Shown here in pieces: positions 39,092 through 49,192 of a DNA stretch of 60,795 nucleotides. The stretch is from an uncultured virus (IMG/VR IMGVR_UViG_3300031111_000236). Its lineage: Duplodnaviria; Heunggongvirae; Uroviricota; Caudoviricetes. The notes under the pieces are model-generated. The model did not search any database and was not told where the DNA came from. It saw nothing but the letters and a program-made list of their open reading frames with translations. A program made the translations under genes and the position numbers. Location: IMG/VR virus record IMGVR_UViG_3300031111_000236; one strand, 5' to 3'. The first letter of the stretch is position 1; every line of letters begins with the position of its first letter.

Positions 39092-40014
39092 TGGTACAAA
39101 GAGTGTGCGGAAGATGTCTGAAGGCGTTCGAAGAGACGGACGGGAAGGACTACATAGAGGGCCACAACAGCTTCATCTGTGATGGGTGCAAGGACTACAT
39201 AGTCATGACTCATCTCGTTGTGAGTGACATGAGCGGGTCGATGATACCTGGGAACCCTAACGTGGTGGAGAACGTCGGCAAGGAGGGTTTGAAGGCCAAC
39301 TACTTCGACTGCCATGAACATCGCAAGGACGTGAAGTCCGAGCTTATCAGGATGGAGGTCACCAAGTGCGAGAGGTGCATCAAAGGTAATCAGCACAGGG
39401 CTCTCTACAAGTGCACTCTCAATCGCTACGTGCGGATGTGCGAGTACCCGCATCATGTTCTGTTCGCAGAGCCTGATAAGTACAAGAAGCTCTGGCCAAT
39501 CCCGAAGTTCGCACAGGACATGGTGAACTACGAGATAGGTGAGAGGTTCAGCGTGCGGTTCGATGGTATGCAAGAGCTTTTCAGGGGCCTTGAGTACGAA
39601 AACACCGTTGAGGAGATGGACCCCAAGGACATGACAGGGGTCGAAAAAGACCTTTACAAGAGGTTCGTCGCAAGTCATGTTCAGCACACGGGCGATACGG
39701 ACCACCCCGTCTGCTACACGAGAGGTGGTGTGCTCCAGGTGACTGTGAGATGTCATAAGTGCAATATCACAGAGGTTCTGACCGACTTCGAGAAGAGGGA
39801 GGACGACCATCGCAGGACCATAGCAATCAACAATATCATGGCCTTAGCAGAGCAGGACAAGATGAACGTTACCAGGGAGCAAGTAGCTGAGTTCCTGAAG
39901 CCACTTGTAATCTCTTCCGATAGCCTCGACTGGAAGAACCTGGAGAGGCTCTACACGAGATTCAGGAACGAACTTATGGGGGTTAAACAAGATGGAGAAA
40001 ATAACACCAAGTAA
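39091..40014 (+). CDS. multi-CxxC hypothetical protein
   Basis: TAATG overlap; CGRC, CDGC, CERC, CHKC. Confidence 0.7.
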   Translation: MVQRVCGRCLKAFEETDGKDYIEGHNSFICDGCKDYIVMTHLVVSDMSGSMIPGNPNVVENVGKEGLKANYFDCHEHRKDVKSELIRMEVTKCERCIKGNQHRALYKCTLNRYVRMCEYPHHVLFAEPDKYKKLWPIPKFAQDMVNYEIGERFSVRFDGMQELFRGLEYENTVEEMDPKDMTGVEKDLYKRFVASHVQHTGDTDHPVCYTRGGVLQVTVRCHKCNITEVLTDFEKREDDHRRTIAINNIMALAEQDKMNVTREQVAEFLKPLVISSDSLDWKNLERLYTRFRNELMGVKQDGENNTK

Positions 40015-40492
40015 CAAGGACGATATCAGTAAGATGGACATGATGCTCAATATGACATCTGAAAATCGCTGGTATCACATGAGACTCGTGTACCCGTATG
40101 AGAGTCATGGGTCCAAGATTATGGACCTGATAGAAGAGTTCGACTGCCTTGAGTTCGAGTTCGTCGAGATAGAGGAGGGCTATGTGGCCTTCAGGAGCAG
40201 GTGGGTCATGGGTGTTGGTATCGCCCAGAAGGACGATGGCTTCAAGGTCAAGGTCCACGAGCTACCTCCGCTCAGGTCGAGAGAGATGAAGAAGTTCAAT
40301 GACCACCTCTTGGAGTGTCAGAGGGCCGCAGACGCTCTTACCAATCTCGCACGAACCCTTGCTATCGACAGGGATATCAAGAAGAGTCACGACCCTATCA
40401 TCAATGACTACATGGATAGGGAGGAGAAGAACAGGGCGAAGGTCGAGATGGGCCACAACCCTCACCCAATGGACTTGGAGGGGAGTCAATGA
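39992..40492 (+). CDS. hypothetical protein
   Basis: Operon-spaced ORF. Confidence 0.65.
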   Translation: MEKITPSNKDDISKMDMMLNMTSENRWYHMRLVYPYESHGSKIMDLIEEFDCLEFEFVEIEEGYVAFRSRWVMGVGIAQKDDGFKVKVHELPPLRSREMKKFNDHLLECQRAADALTNLARTLAIDRDIKKSHDPIINDYMDREEKNRAKVEMGHNPHPMDLEGSQ

Positions 40493-41190
40493 GCTGGAAT
40501 TATCACGATGACCTTAATGCCTACTGGTCGGACTCTACCCAGGACATAGTGGACGACCTCCACAGGAAGTTCAAGTCGGTGGGTGATGCTCTCGATAACA
40601 AGAGACTGGTCGAGGAGTTCACCAAGGAGTACGAGAGGTACTTCGACTTTCTGAAGGACGAGAACCCAGACGGACTCACAGACGTGGTAGTTCGCAGGAG
40701 TCTGATACTCGCTCTCGCACAGGCAAGAAACATAGATGCCGCTATCCTCTTGGAGACGTGGGCTGGACAGTTCATACCGAGCAAGGAAGTAGTGGACAAA
40801 GAACAGCGAGACATGATGCGTAAGGTAGCGACCAGCTACAGTGATAACCCTTACTTCTTCTGGACGAAAGAGGACCTTGCAGAATACAATAACACCTCGC
40901 TCGAAGAGCTGAGACTTATCAATGAACGTGTCAAACAGATACACCAAGCCATAGATTGGCGGGGTGCTATCGAGTCGATGGGTATGTGGACTTGGCGTGA
41001 CCTCCCAGGCATACCCGAGGCTCACTTCATAGGGACCTTCGAGGAGATGGTAGAGGAGTGCAAGAGGCGGGAGGTCCCCAAGAAGACGGTCTACGGGTGG
41101 CTCAACCCAGAGAGACTCTCATACCCACGCTACACGGGTATCGATATCGAGACGGTCATCGAGCGTATCTACGAGGGGGTATCCGAGTGA
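40489..41190 (+). CDS. hypothetical protein
   Basis: ATGA overlap. Confidence 0.7.
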   Translation: MSWNYHDDLNAYWSDSTQDIVDDLHRKFKSVGDALDNKRLVEEFTKEYERYFDFLKDENPDGLTDVVVRRSLILALAQARNIDAAILLETWAGQFIPSKEVVDKEQRDMMRKVATSYSDNPYFFWTKEDLAEYNNTSLEELRLINERVKQIHQAIDWRGAIESMGMWTWRDLPGIPEAHFIGTFEEMVEECKRREVPKKTVYGWLNPERLSYPRYTGIDIETVIERIYEGVSE

Positions 41191-41513
41191 GCAGGGAAGA
41201 CCACAGGAAGGACCCAAGGGACTACGAGCCTAACCCTCTTGACTACTCGATTGAAGGGCAGGTGAAGAGTGTCCTCACGGTAGTCAGAGGAGCATATGAG
41301 GGTATCCCGTTCACGATAGGTAATGACGTGGCTGAGCATATCATCAAGGAGCATAAACTCACTCTTGAGTGCCGTCACTGTGATATGAGCGGTGAGAAGT
41401 CTGCTCTTTTCGAGTATGAGGGGAAGACCCTTCGTTTGGAGCGGACGTGGACTGGTCGGTGGGAAATCTATCTCGGCGACTGGAAACCCGACCCGCACTG
41501 GACAGGTGACTGA
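41187..41513 (+). CDS. hypothetical protein
   Basis: GTGA overlap start. Confidence 0.6.
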   Translation: MSREDHRKDPRDYEPNPLDYSIEGQVKSVLTVVRGAYEGIPFTIGNDVAEHIIKEHKLTLECRHCDMSGEKSALFEYEGKTLRLERTWTGRWEIYLGDWKPDPHWTGD

Positions 41514-41514
41514 A

Positions 41515-41772
41515 ATGGGCAAGAAGATAACAATGACCCTACCCGAGGACGACAAGGAGCTAATCGACGAGATAGTAACCAAAATCGTGATGGATTGGGG
41601 GACGGCCTGGAACCCGAGGAAGATAGACAACAGAACCGTCGAGGTCGAGATGCCTGACGATGCTAAGACCTTCGTAATGCAGGTTGAGCAGAATCTCAGG
41701 GCTATCACAAGTCGGGTCCACTACGAGAGGTTCAAGAGGTTCGAGGAGAAGATAACCTACGATGTGAAGTAG
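41515..41772 (+). CDS. small protein, possible ribbon-helix-helix N-terminus
   Basis: KKITMTLPEDDKELIDEIV; AGGTGA SD. Confidence 0.55.
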   Translation: MGKKITMTLPEDDKELIDEIVTKIVMDWGTAWNPRKIDNRTVEVEMPDDAKTFVMQVEQNLRAITSRVHYERFKRFEEKITYDVK

Positions 41773-41774
41773 GG

Positions 41775-42467
41775 GTGACAGATATGACAGACCAGACCAA
41801 TCAAAAGCCTGACTTTTCAGGCATCGAAGAAGGCACGCTTGTAGAGGTCTACAAGTTTCTCAGAGAGGAACTGACGTGCGGGTACAACGAAAAGCACAAG
41901 GTAAAGGACCTCTTATGGGCCATTAACCATGAACTTGAAAAGAGGGGACTGGTTGACGGTCTTTACTCCCCTGTGAAGGGTTACCCACAGACAATGGACG
42001 GTGAAGAGGCCCTGGAACTGCTGACTACAAGGGAGAAGTTCGAGGCTCTCTCCACGGAGAAGCTCAAGGAGGCTGTTGCCGCAATGAATAAGGCATACGG
42101 TCTTGACGGGTACAGGATAATGCACATCCGCCGACAGGAGGCTGGCTGGAACACGATGAACATCTGCGGTCTTGAGTACACACACAGTGCGCCCAAGATA
42201 GTGTTCAATGACGGTGATGGTGACGGGTTCATGAGGAAGATTATACCACCGACACATAACGTGCTACTCCTGCCTCCAGGCGATAGCAAGATGAGCAGGG
42301 TAGAATATGTGTTCGACCTTATCCTATGTACGGACGGTCACGTCATCAAGGACAGGACAATGAGGTTCGAACCGCCAACGGAAGTGCCTGTAACACGGGA
42401 GGCACTCGAAACTCTTGGTCTCAACGTCTACGAAGCTCGTCTCTGTGAGGTAAATCAGTCAAGCTGA
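41775..42467 (+). CDS. hypothetical protein
   Basis: 230-aa ORF. Confidence 0.7.
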   Translation: MTDMTDQTNQKPDFSGIEEGTLVEVYKFLREELTCGYNEKHKVKDLLWAINHELEKRGLVDGLYSPVKGYPQTMDGEEALELLTTREKFEALSTEKLKEAVAAMNKAYGLDGYRIMHIRRQEAGWNTMNICGLEYTHSAPKIVFNDGDGDGFMRKIIPPTHNVLLLPPGDSKMSRVEYVFDLILCTDGHVIKDRTMRFEPPTEVPVTREALETLGLNVYEARLCEVNQSS

Positions 42468-42682
42468 CAACATCCCCAAGCATCCCTGGTATGGATGGGG
42501 GGACACATTGGGACGTGGCTAAAATGAGAGACAAACTCACGCAGACAGAGATTTCGTTCGTCCAATACTTGATATGCAAGTGCGATGGCTATAAAGCGAG
42601 CAGAGATTGGGACGAAAGTATATGTAGTGGGTGCAGATTCAAGAGCCTGTGTGGTCAATTCATCAGTTAAGGAGGCTACGAC

Positions 42683-43192
42683 ATGAGAATACTGGTATGT
42701 GGAGACAGAGAGTGGAAGGACGGCAACATCATACAGACAATACTGGTACAGAACGCTACTCTCTTGATAGAGGGTGGGTGTCGAGGGGCCGACCTCTTGG
42801 CAAAGGAGGCCGTATTCAGGTCTGGTATGCCGATACCTGTTCAGGAGTTCAAGGCTGACTGGAGCGAAGGTAAGAGGGCAGGTCCCTTGCGCAACCAGAA
42901 AATGCTTGACGAGGGGAAGCCTGATGTAGTGCTCGCTTTTCATAATGACATCAATAACAGCAGGGGCACTAAGGATATGCTCTCAAGAGCCCAGAAACAG
43001 GGCTACAAGACGTTTCTCGTATCGAGCGGGGACGACGACCACTACAAGCTCGTCTACGAACACGGGAAGCATAAGGGTACATTTGAGGTGAGCGTGCGTG
43101 GGACCCTCTTGACTCTCAATGATATGATAGAGATGTCTGAGAGCACCCCGAAGTCGAATACTGACCTGATAGCGGTTGACCCGCAATTTTAA
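42683..43192 (+). CDS. SLOG family protein (YspA/DUF2493-like)
   Basis: ILVCGDR, EGGCRGAD, ADW..GKRAGPLRNQKM, SRGTKDM. Confidence 0.88.
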   Translation: MRILVCGDREWKDGNIIQTILVQNATLLIEGGCRGADLLAKEAVFRSGMPIPVQEFKADWSEGKRAGPLRNQKMLDEGKPDVVLAFHNDINNSRGTKDMLSRAQKQGYKTFLVSSGDDDHYKLVYEHGKHKGTFEVSVRGTLLTLNDMIEMSESTPKSNTDLIAVDPQF

Positions 43193-43205
43193 ATAGCTCG
43201 TACTT

Positions 43206-43766
43206 GTGGTTGAGATTATGCCTACCAAGAAGACCTACAAAAGGACCGTATGGGAGTGCGAAGTCTGCGGTGATACTCACGAGACAGAGAAGCAAGCTCT
43301 AAAGTGCGAGAGTAGTCCTGGCGAGAAGTATCACATTAGGATATCTGGTTGTGACTATGGTTACGAGTGGGAGGTAGGCGACATACTTTTAGTGACAATC
43401 CATGACTACACTCCTAAGCTGGCCAAGATAGTATCCACTGAAACCAAATACCACACGATATACCCTGTCATCAGGATTTTGGACAAGAATTTCAAAGACC
43501 AGAGATGGTATGGTGATATCACACTTCTGGCAGTAATCGACGACCACCAGATGAAGGAACTGAGAGCAATGCTTGAAACGGCTGAAAATGCCAAGATTGA
43601 CATTGACCCGATGTCGATAGTAGAGCACGGCGGGGACGCTGAAGGGGCCATAGCATACACCCGTAAAGACGGTAAGCTCGTCTTATACTGCAAGTGTGGG
43701 TTCAGTACCGATAACATGGCCCTGATAGTAGCACACCAGACTAAGGGATGTGACCAAGGTGAGTAG
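43206..43766 (+). CDS. hypothetical protein with C2H2/C2HC-like fingers at both ends
   Basis: CEVC..CE; CKCG..H..C. Confidence 0.65.
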   Translation: MVEIMPTKKTYKRTVWECEVCGDTHETEKQALKCESSPGEKYHIRISGCDYGYEWEVGDILLVTIHDYTPKLAKIVSTETKYHTIYPVIRILDKNFKDQRWYGDITLLAVIDDHQMKELRAMLETAENAKIDIDPMSIVEHGGDAEGAIAYTRKDGKLVLYCKCGFSTDNMALIVAHQTKGCDQGE

Positions 43767-44157
43767 AGGGTCAGTTGCTACCATCAGTAACACGCTTGAC
43801 AAGGTGAAGCATCTCTCGGACATGACAGCTCTTGCCGCAATGCTTGAGATGGCGGATACTATCGACCCGTCAAAGCTCTCTAAAGAACAAAGGATGGCTA
43901 TGGACCCCGAGGACCTTGCCAGAAAATACGACACGAGAAACAACCTGGTAATGCTTGCTCTTGGTAAGGCTATTGAGTGCGGCTTTGAGGCTGGCATCGG
44001 TGTAGACCACAGTAATCCTGGGTGGCCAGTTATATACATCGAGTTACCAGAGGGTCAGGTATCATGGCACGTGAGTCAACATGAGAAGAGTTACGACGGG
44101 CATGACCAAGAGACCAAGACCGAGCGTCTGAAGAAGTTTTGCCAGCATTACGTTTAA
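43750..44157 (+). CDS. WDGH-type phage domain protein
   Basis: WPVIYIELPEGQVSWH...YDGH...RL. Confidence 0.7.
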   Translation: MTKVSRGSVATISNTLDKVKHLSDMTALAAMLEMADTIDPSKLSKEQRMAMDPEDLARKYDTRNNLVMLALGKAIECGFEAGIGVDHSNPGWPVIYIELPEGQVSWHVSQHEKSYDGHDQETKTERLKKFCQHYV

Positions 44158-44276
44158 AGTGCATATAATCGTGCGAGAGGCTTAGACTGGCCGACTCCAT
44201 ATTGTCTTTAAAACCGAGACTATCTCACAACCCTATATATGGGAGCGAGTGCCTATTTCACCTCGGTGATATCAAG

Positions 44277-45116
44277 ATGGCAACTAAAGAAACAATCGGA
44301 ATCGACGACAGCTTTCCCGACTACCAGTTCATACAGTTCATGATAGGGGACTACAAGGTGGGTCAGAACTACGGTGACTCATATTGGGTACTCCACATGA
44401 AGAAGGGCAAGTACGTCACTATGGATGAGCTTGAGAAACAAGCTCCAAAGACTGCTGAGCGCATCAAGGAGAAGTGGGCTGAGCTGTGGAAACCTCAGTT
44501 CGAGGCACGCAGAAAGGTGGTCCTGTCCCTCATCAAGAGCGTCAGGGAGACCATAACCTACGCAAAGGACATCACTCAAGAGCTTGACCTGGAGGGTGTA
44601 GATGTCACAATTCACTGCGAAAGCGACGAGACATACATCGATGACCCGAGGAACATAAGACTGGATGTCAAGAGAGAGCATGACGGTCATGAGTTCAAGG
44701 AGTACGTGACCGTGTTCTTCGACGACGGGGCTCAGAACAGGTGGGTAGGCGTGGACACCAGAAACCGCAACCGCCGCTACAAGACCCTGAAGAAGGCCCT
44801 CATCAAGATGACCGAGAACGTGAAGGAGACTCTTGAGGCAGACATCCGCCGCTACGATGAGCGGGAGTTTGAGAGGGCTGAGTACAAGAGGGCTGAGAAG
44901 GCCCGTGCCGCCGCCTTCGAGAGGGAGGGCATCTCATCGCCTACGATGGGTCGCCACATGGAAGAAATGGGCGACATCACAATGACTGCCTCAGTTTTCC
45001 ATGATGAGGGTGACGACGGTGTGTACGCCCACGATGCCAGGCTCTACAAGGAGGACGGGAGCGACTTCACCATCGCTGAGCTGAAGAAGATAGCCGCCCT
45101 CCTGAAGGCAGAGTAG
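44277..45116 (+). CDS. hypothetical protein, RYxT(L/V)xxA family
   Basis: RYKTLKKAL; ATTGTCTT promoter, GGTGAT at 44265. Confidence 0.75.
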   Translation: MATKETIGIDDSFPDYQFIQFMIGDYKVGQNYGDSYWVLHMKKGKYVTMDELEKQAPKTAERIKEKWAELWKPQFEARRKVVLSLIKSVRETITYAKDITQELDLEGVDVTIHCESDETYIDDPRNIRLDVKREHDGHEFKEYVTVFFDDGAQNRWVGVDTRNRNRRYKTLKKALIKMTENVKETLEADIRRYDEREFERAEYKRAEKARAAAFEREGISSPTMGRHMEEMGDITMTASVFHDEGDDGVYAHDARLYKEDGSDFTIAELKKIAALLKAE

Positions 45117-45126
45117 ACACGTTCCA

Positions 45127-45158
45127 GGGGGCTTTGAGCCCCCATTATTTTATTTTTT
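45127..45158 (+). terminator. hairpin plus T-run terminator
   Basis: GGGGGCT-ttg-AGCCCCC then ATTATTTTATTTTTT. Confidence 0.7.
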
Positions 45159-45221
45159 GCTTCACCCAATTCTTTTTATACTTCGTTCATGTAGTTTGGT
45201 CATAACTCCGAAGAGGGAGAC

Positions 45222-45929
45222 GTGACCATGCCACTATATGATGACGAAAGGAAATTCACGATAGAGCGTGAGACTGATTGCTCCGTCTGCGAACATCTGG
45301 ACGTATGCGACAGGATAATGGAGAAGCGATGCGAGAACTACGTTTTTGGTACGAGCGAGGGGGAAGGTTGTCAGAGTTGTATCAACAGGTACACGAGGTA
45401 CGACAACAGGAACCCACTCCCGTGCTTCCTATGCAAGTCCTACAAGAGGGGTAAGGACGCTCCTCTGAGGTACTTCGATGGTAAGGGTAGGGGTGTGAGC
45501 GTAGGGGACATCATCACTCTCTCAAAGGGGGATGAGAACGACTACAGGCCCTATCAGGTAGTCGCTATCGACAGCAAGAGGGGCGTTGCGAAGTGCAAGA
45601 ACCTCTATAACAGCACTGGCGACTCTTTCGAGGTGACCTTTGGCGATTTCGAGAAGAACGCCATGTTCCACGAGGAGTGCGAAAACTTCGCACAACAGGT
45701 TATCAGTGGTACAAGGCACTCGACTGTAATCATGGCCGACCTTGTTGTAGACAAGGACACTGGCGATACTATACTCAAGCCTACTGGCGGGAAGTACAAG
45801 AGGGAGCTGGTGTGGTCAAAGGGTCTAAAACGTGTCATCATAATAGCCATCCCAGATACCGAGGACCCTCGCAAGGTACTCGCTGACGAGAAAGAGGCTC
45901 CCGAGGAAGAACAGTCTGTTGAGGGGTGA
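45222..45929 (+). CDS. Cys-rich N-terminal plus SH3/KOW-like hypothetical protein
   Basis: CSVC..C..C..CQSC..C..C; VGDIITL. Confidence 0.7.
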   Translation: MTMPLYDDERKFTIERETDCSVCEHLDVCDRIMEKRCENYVFGTSEGEGCQSCINRYTRYDNRNPLPCFLCKSYKRGKDAPLRYFDGKGRGVSVGDIITLSKGDENDYRPYQVVAIDSKRGVAKCKNLYNSTGDSFEVTFGDFEKNAMFHEECENFAQQVISGTRHSTVIMADLVVDKDTGDTILKPTGGKYKRELVWSKGLKRVIIIAIPDTEDPRKVLADEKEAPEEEQSVEG

Positions 45930-46374
45930 CCTCTTGGAGCCAAATGTCAAGATGGGAATAGCCATCGGGTTGATTATTTTCTCGGTAGGTCTGATACTCA
46001 GTAGCTCCTGCTACTCTAAGACAATACCTGGCGACCCCGTTACAGTACCCACAGACAGCTTCGAGTACAGGGACACTAACAATGAGCTTGTTTACGATAA
46101 TATCACGGTTACCAATGTCATGAGTGTTGAGTATAATGACGGCAACCTTACATACACCAGGAGCGCAGGTGGGTCCTGGGTGACGATAGGGTTTGGGACT
46201 GGTGTTATGCTGTGCATTGGTGGGGTAATCGTGGCCCTCTTGTGGGTGCTTGAGTGTGGCGCAGAGACCAGGCGTGAGGAACGCCGCAGAAAATGGCAGA
46301 GAGAGCGTGAGGAACGTGAGCAAAAGGAGCGTGAGACTTATCGGCGAATCAGAGAAGCCGATGACCAAGGCTAA
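45919..46374 (+). CDS. membrane protein
   Basis: Two TM helices and a charged tail. Confidence 0.65.
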   Translation: MRGDLLEPNVKMGIAIGLIIFSVGLILSSSCYSKTIPGDPVTVPTDSFEYRDTNNELVYDNITVTNVMSVEYNDGNLTYTRSAGGSWVTIGFGTGVMLCIGGVIVALLWVLECGAETRREERRRKWQREREEREQKERETYRRIREADDQG

Positions 46375-46813
46375 GCAAGAGGAGCTTTACTACAACTCCA
46401 TCAAGGACCTCATAGAGCGCATAGAGGAGCTTCGCCCTCTTGCCACAGGAGTTGACAGCCCGTCACCTCTCAATGAGTGCCTGAGCCGCTTACTGCCCGT
46501 TATGAGGAAGATGAAGGCCAAGGTAGGGTCGAGCGGTGAGATTTACGTATTCAAGGACCACAAGAGGCGTAAGGTTAGATATTGGATTACGGGTGGTCAA
46601 GGAGACGTACTGACAGTCAAGACTGACACAGATGGCAAGGGTCTATGGGCTACGTTGCCTCTCTATGAGTTCTCTCCACAGCACGGTAAGCGCATGAAGA
46701 CTGGCATAGTAGACGTGCGCATAAAGTACTACGGTCAGCTCATGATGGACCAGGACAGAAAATATATAGTCTTGACTGGTGCTCTTATACCAGTTACCAT
46801 AGCGAGGAAATAA
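46361..46813 (+). CDS. hypothetical protein
   Basis: ATG 46361 chosen as start. Confidence 0.6.
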   Translation: MTKAKQEELYYNSIKDLIERIEELRPLATGVDSPSPLNECLSRLLPVMRKMKAKVGSSGEIYVFKDHKRRKVRYWITGGQGDVLTVKTDTDGKGLWATLPLYEFSPQHGKRMKTGIVDVRIKYYGQLMMDQDRKYIVLTGALIPVTIARK

Positions 46814-46814
46814 A

Positions 46815-47462
46815 ATGAGGGACACTGAGAAGTTGGTAGGGTTTTATCTGAAGGCCCGAGATTACATTATAACAGAGGGGTACGAAAAAGACATCACATA
46901 TGTGGAGAGTTTGGAGTACCCACCAAGTAAGAGGAGCTTCTTTGTGGAGTATCTCTGGGTAGTCTGTAATTCAGGGATGGCACTTAAGGCCGCCGAGAGT
47001 ATCTTCGCTAATGTTCTTGAAGGGACAAACCCAGATGGGTTGAAGGTCAATCTCAATGCGATAGGTCACCCCAAGAAGCGGGAGGGTGTGCAGGAGGTAT
47101 GGTCGAACCTCGATAAGTGCTATAACAGGCTTCTGGAGGCTGAGGATAAGCTCGCATACCTGAAGTCACTGCCGCACATAGGTGACACGACCAAGTACCA
47201 TCTCGCTCGCAACTGCGGACTGTTGCAGTACGCCAAACCAGATAGACACCTCTTGAGGCTTGCTAAAGATTATGGGTACACGGATGACGACAAGGGTGTA
47301 CAGGCCATGTGCTCTGACATCAGTGATGTGACAAAAGAACCCGTGGGTGTAGTAGACGTTGTGCTCTGGCGTTACTGTATACTGACAACAAAGAAGGACG
47401 ACAAGAAGGGCAAGCCAGATAAGAACGGGTCGCACCAGCCGAGCATAATGGAGGCTCTGTAG
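46815..47462 (+). CDS. HhH DNA glycosylase-like protein (second Ogg-like)
   Basis: LKSLPHIGDTTKYHLARNCG..AKPDRHLLR; VDVVLWR. Confidence 0.78.
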   Translation: MRDTEKLVGFYLKARDYIITEGYEKDITYVESLEYPPSKRSFFVEYLWVVCNSGMALKAAESIFANVLEGTNPDGLKVNLNAIGHPKKREGVQEVWSNLDKCYNRLLEAEDKLAYLKSLPHIGDTTKYHLARNCGLLQYAKPDRHLLRLAKDYGYTDDDKGVQAMCSDISDVTKEPVGVVDVVLWRYCILTTKKDDKKGKPDKNGSHQPSIMEAL

Positions 47463-47536
47463 CTGTATTGTCTTTGAAACGACGGGCAACTCCGAGACCT
47501 CTATAACTTCGCAGGGCGATATCAAGTGGGACTAAC

Positions 47537-47827
47537 ATGAACGGCAAGGGAAATCTTCTGAACACAGCCAGGTACATCGCAATAACCTTACTCATAGGGT
47601 TAGGCGGTCTCCTCATTGGCTACGGGTTCAAAGAAAACATAATCTTTGTGATAGCGGGTCTGGTAGTGGCTATTACAGGCTTCGTTTTGCAGTACGGATT
47701 AGTGTCTGCGGTCTCGAAGCGTCGTAAAAAGTCCTACGAGAATAGCACAAGAGGCATGAGTAAGGCCCATTTTGCCGTTATGATGAAGGAACTTGAAGAG
47801 GAGGGTGAACATAGTGACCAAGAATAA
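47537..47827 (+). CDS. small membrane protein
   Basis: Two TM helices; ATTGTCTT at 47467. Confidence 0.65.
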   Translation: MNGKGNLLNTARYIAITLLIGLGGLLIGYGFKENIIFVIAGLVVAITGFVLQYGLVSAVSKRRKKSYENSTRGMSKAHFAVMMKELEEEGEHSDQE

Positions 47828-48281
47828 AGGTGGACCAGACAGGAGCGGCCAAGGAGAAATTGAACCAGAGTGGAAGGGTCATAAACCGTGCCCGACAGCA
47901 CTCTTCGTGCCTTACAAGAAGGACGATAAGGTAGGTCGGGGTCCTCCTACTAAGGAAAACGTCAAGGACATCCCAGACGAAGAGCTTCTCCGTTACTACG
48001 GGAATATGTGCTATGAAGCGCACAGAAACGCCAGCTACGGTCTTCCTATGGTCCCTACCAAGGAGAACTACGACCTTATCCGTGATGAGATTATCAGGCG
48101 TATGGGTGCATCTATGAGCTTTGGTGATGCCAAGGAGATGGTCGAGCAGGTTCAGTCTTGCGAGTCATACAGAGAGTACGGGGAGGCCGCTTGCTATAAG
48201 TGCGCTATCGGCGACGCTCGAAAGTGTCCCAAGGGGCAAGAGGTCCTGAAGAAACGGGAGAAGGAACTCAGGGGTGAGTGA
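47793..48281 (+). CDS. hypothetical protein
   Basis: C-terminal Cys cluster. Confidence 0.6.
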   Translation: MKRRVNIVTKNKGGPDRSGQGEIEPEWKGHKPCPTALFVPYKKDDKVGRGPPTKENVKDIPDEELLRYYGNMCYEAHRNASYGLPMVPTKENYDLIRDEIIRRMGASMSFGDAKEMVEQVQSCESYREYGEAACYKCAIGDARKCPKGQEVLKKREKELRGE

Positions 48282-48657
48282 TATGGATAACATCAGCAGG
48301 GTTATGGACGTAACAAGGCTCGCCGACGAGCTTGACAGAGTGGTCAAGGCATACGACATTCCAGAGGTTTACAATGAGACCTTCATGAGGATGATGTCGG
48401 CTATGTCCAAGAGGATGTATGCTGACGGTATAACCGACCCAGAGCTTAGGTTCAAGTACTTCTCTATGGTCGTTGGGGGCTACCTCTTGGGTCTTGCTAA
48501 AGGCTCTGAGAGAGTGACGGAGGTTGTGGGCGAGACCAGAAAGCTCACCTCGCAATATCATCAGCTCGTTCACGAGGCTGTGGCTAAAGTGGTCGAGGTG
48601 TCCAAGCTCAAAGAAGAGGCCGAACGCAAAGCTGAACAAAAGGGGGAACCGCTGTGA
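48274..48657 (+). CDS. hypothetical protein
   Basis: Operon overlap. Confidence 0.65.
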   Translation: MSDMDNISRVMDVTRLADELDRVVKAYDIPEVYNETFMRMMSAMSKRMYADGITDPELRFKYFSMVVGGYLLGLAKGSERVTEVVGETRKLTSQYHQLVHEAVAKVVEVSKLKEEAERKAEQKGEPL

Positions 48658-48863
48658 GCACATACGAGAAGACAGATATCAAGTGCCCCTTGTGCGGGAC
48701 CAACCTCTTGAGGGAGACCAAGGTTGAGGTCGAGATAATGGACTTCGAGGGAAAAAGGGTTCTCCCAGGAGCAGTTCTCAAGTGCGGGAAGTGCAATACA
48801 GAGCTTAATGTCCCCGACGAATCGATGGACAAGTTCAGAGGGGGGTGCTCTGTTGTCAGATGA
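48654..48863 (+). CDS. small Zn-ribbon protein
   Basis: CPLC...CGKC. Confidence 0.65.
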   Translation: MSTYEKTDIKCPLCGTNLLRETKVEVEIMDFEGKRVLPGAVLKCGKCNTELNVPDESMDKFRGGCSVVR

Positions 48864-49191
48864 TAGCGGCCTTCCAGACTGTCCTTACAGGATAAGCGTG
48901 GACTTGATACCTGGTACGAAGTGCCGCAACTCCAAGGGCCTTAACAGGCAGTGCAGAGCACTCCGCCGTGAGGGGCAATGTCCTGTCAAGCACCTACCAG
49001 ACCCGAAGCCCAGAGTCTTCTTCGTGCTCAGGTGCTCACCGCATATCTGCCCATACTGCAAGGGTAACGGAAATGGTGGATATGACTGCCATCATCCTGG
49101 TATCAAAGACGCTTTCAACAGGGTGAGACCTATCGGAGATTGGGAACCAGATGACTTCTTCCCGAGCTTCTGCCCACTGACGGAGGTCTGA
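48808..49191 (+). CDS. Cys-rich hypothetical protein (start uncertain)
   Basis: CPY..C..C..CP repeated; PSFCPL. Confidence 0.6.
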   Translation: MSPTNRWTSSEGGALLSDDSGLPDCPYRISVDLIPGTKCRNSKGLNRQCRALRREGQCPVKHLPDPKPRVFFVLRCSPHICPYCKGNGNGGYDCHHPGIKDAFNRVRPIGDWEPDDFFPSFCPLTEV

Positions 49192-49192
49192 G

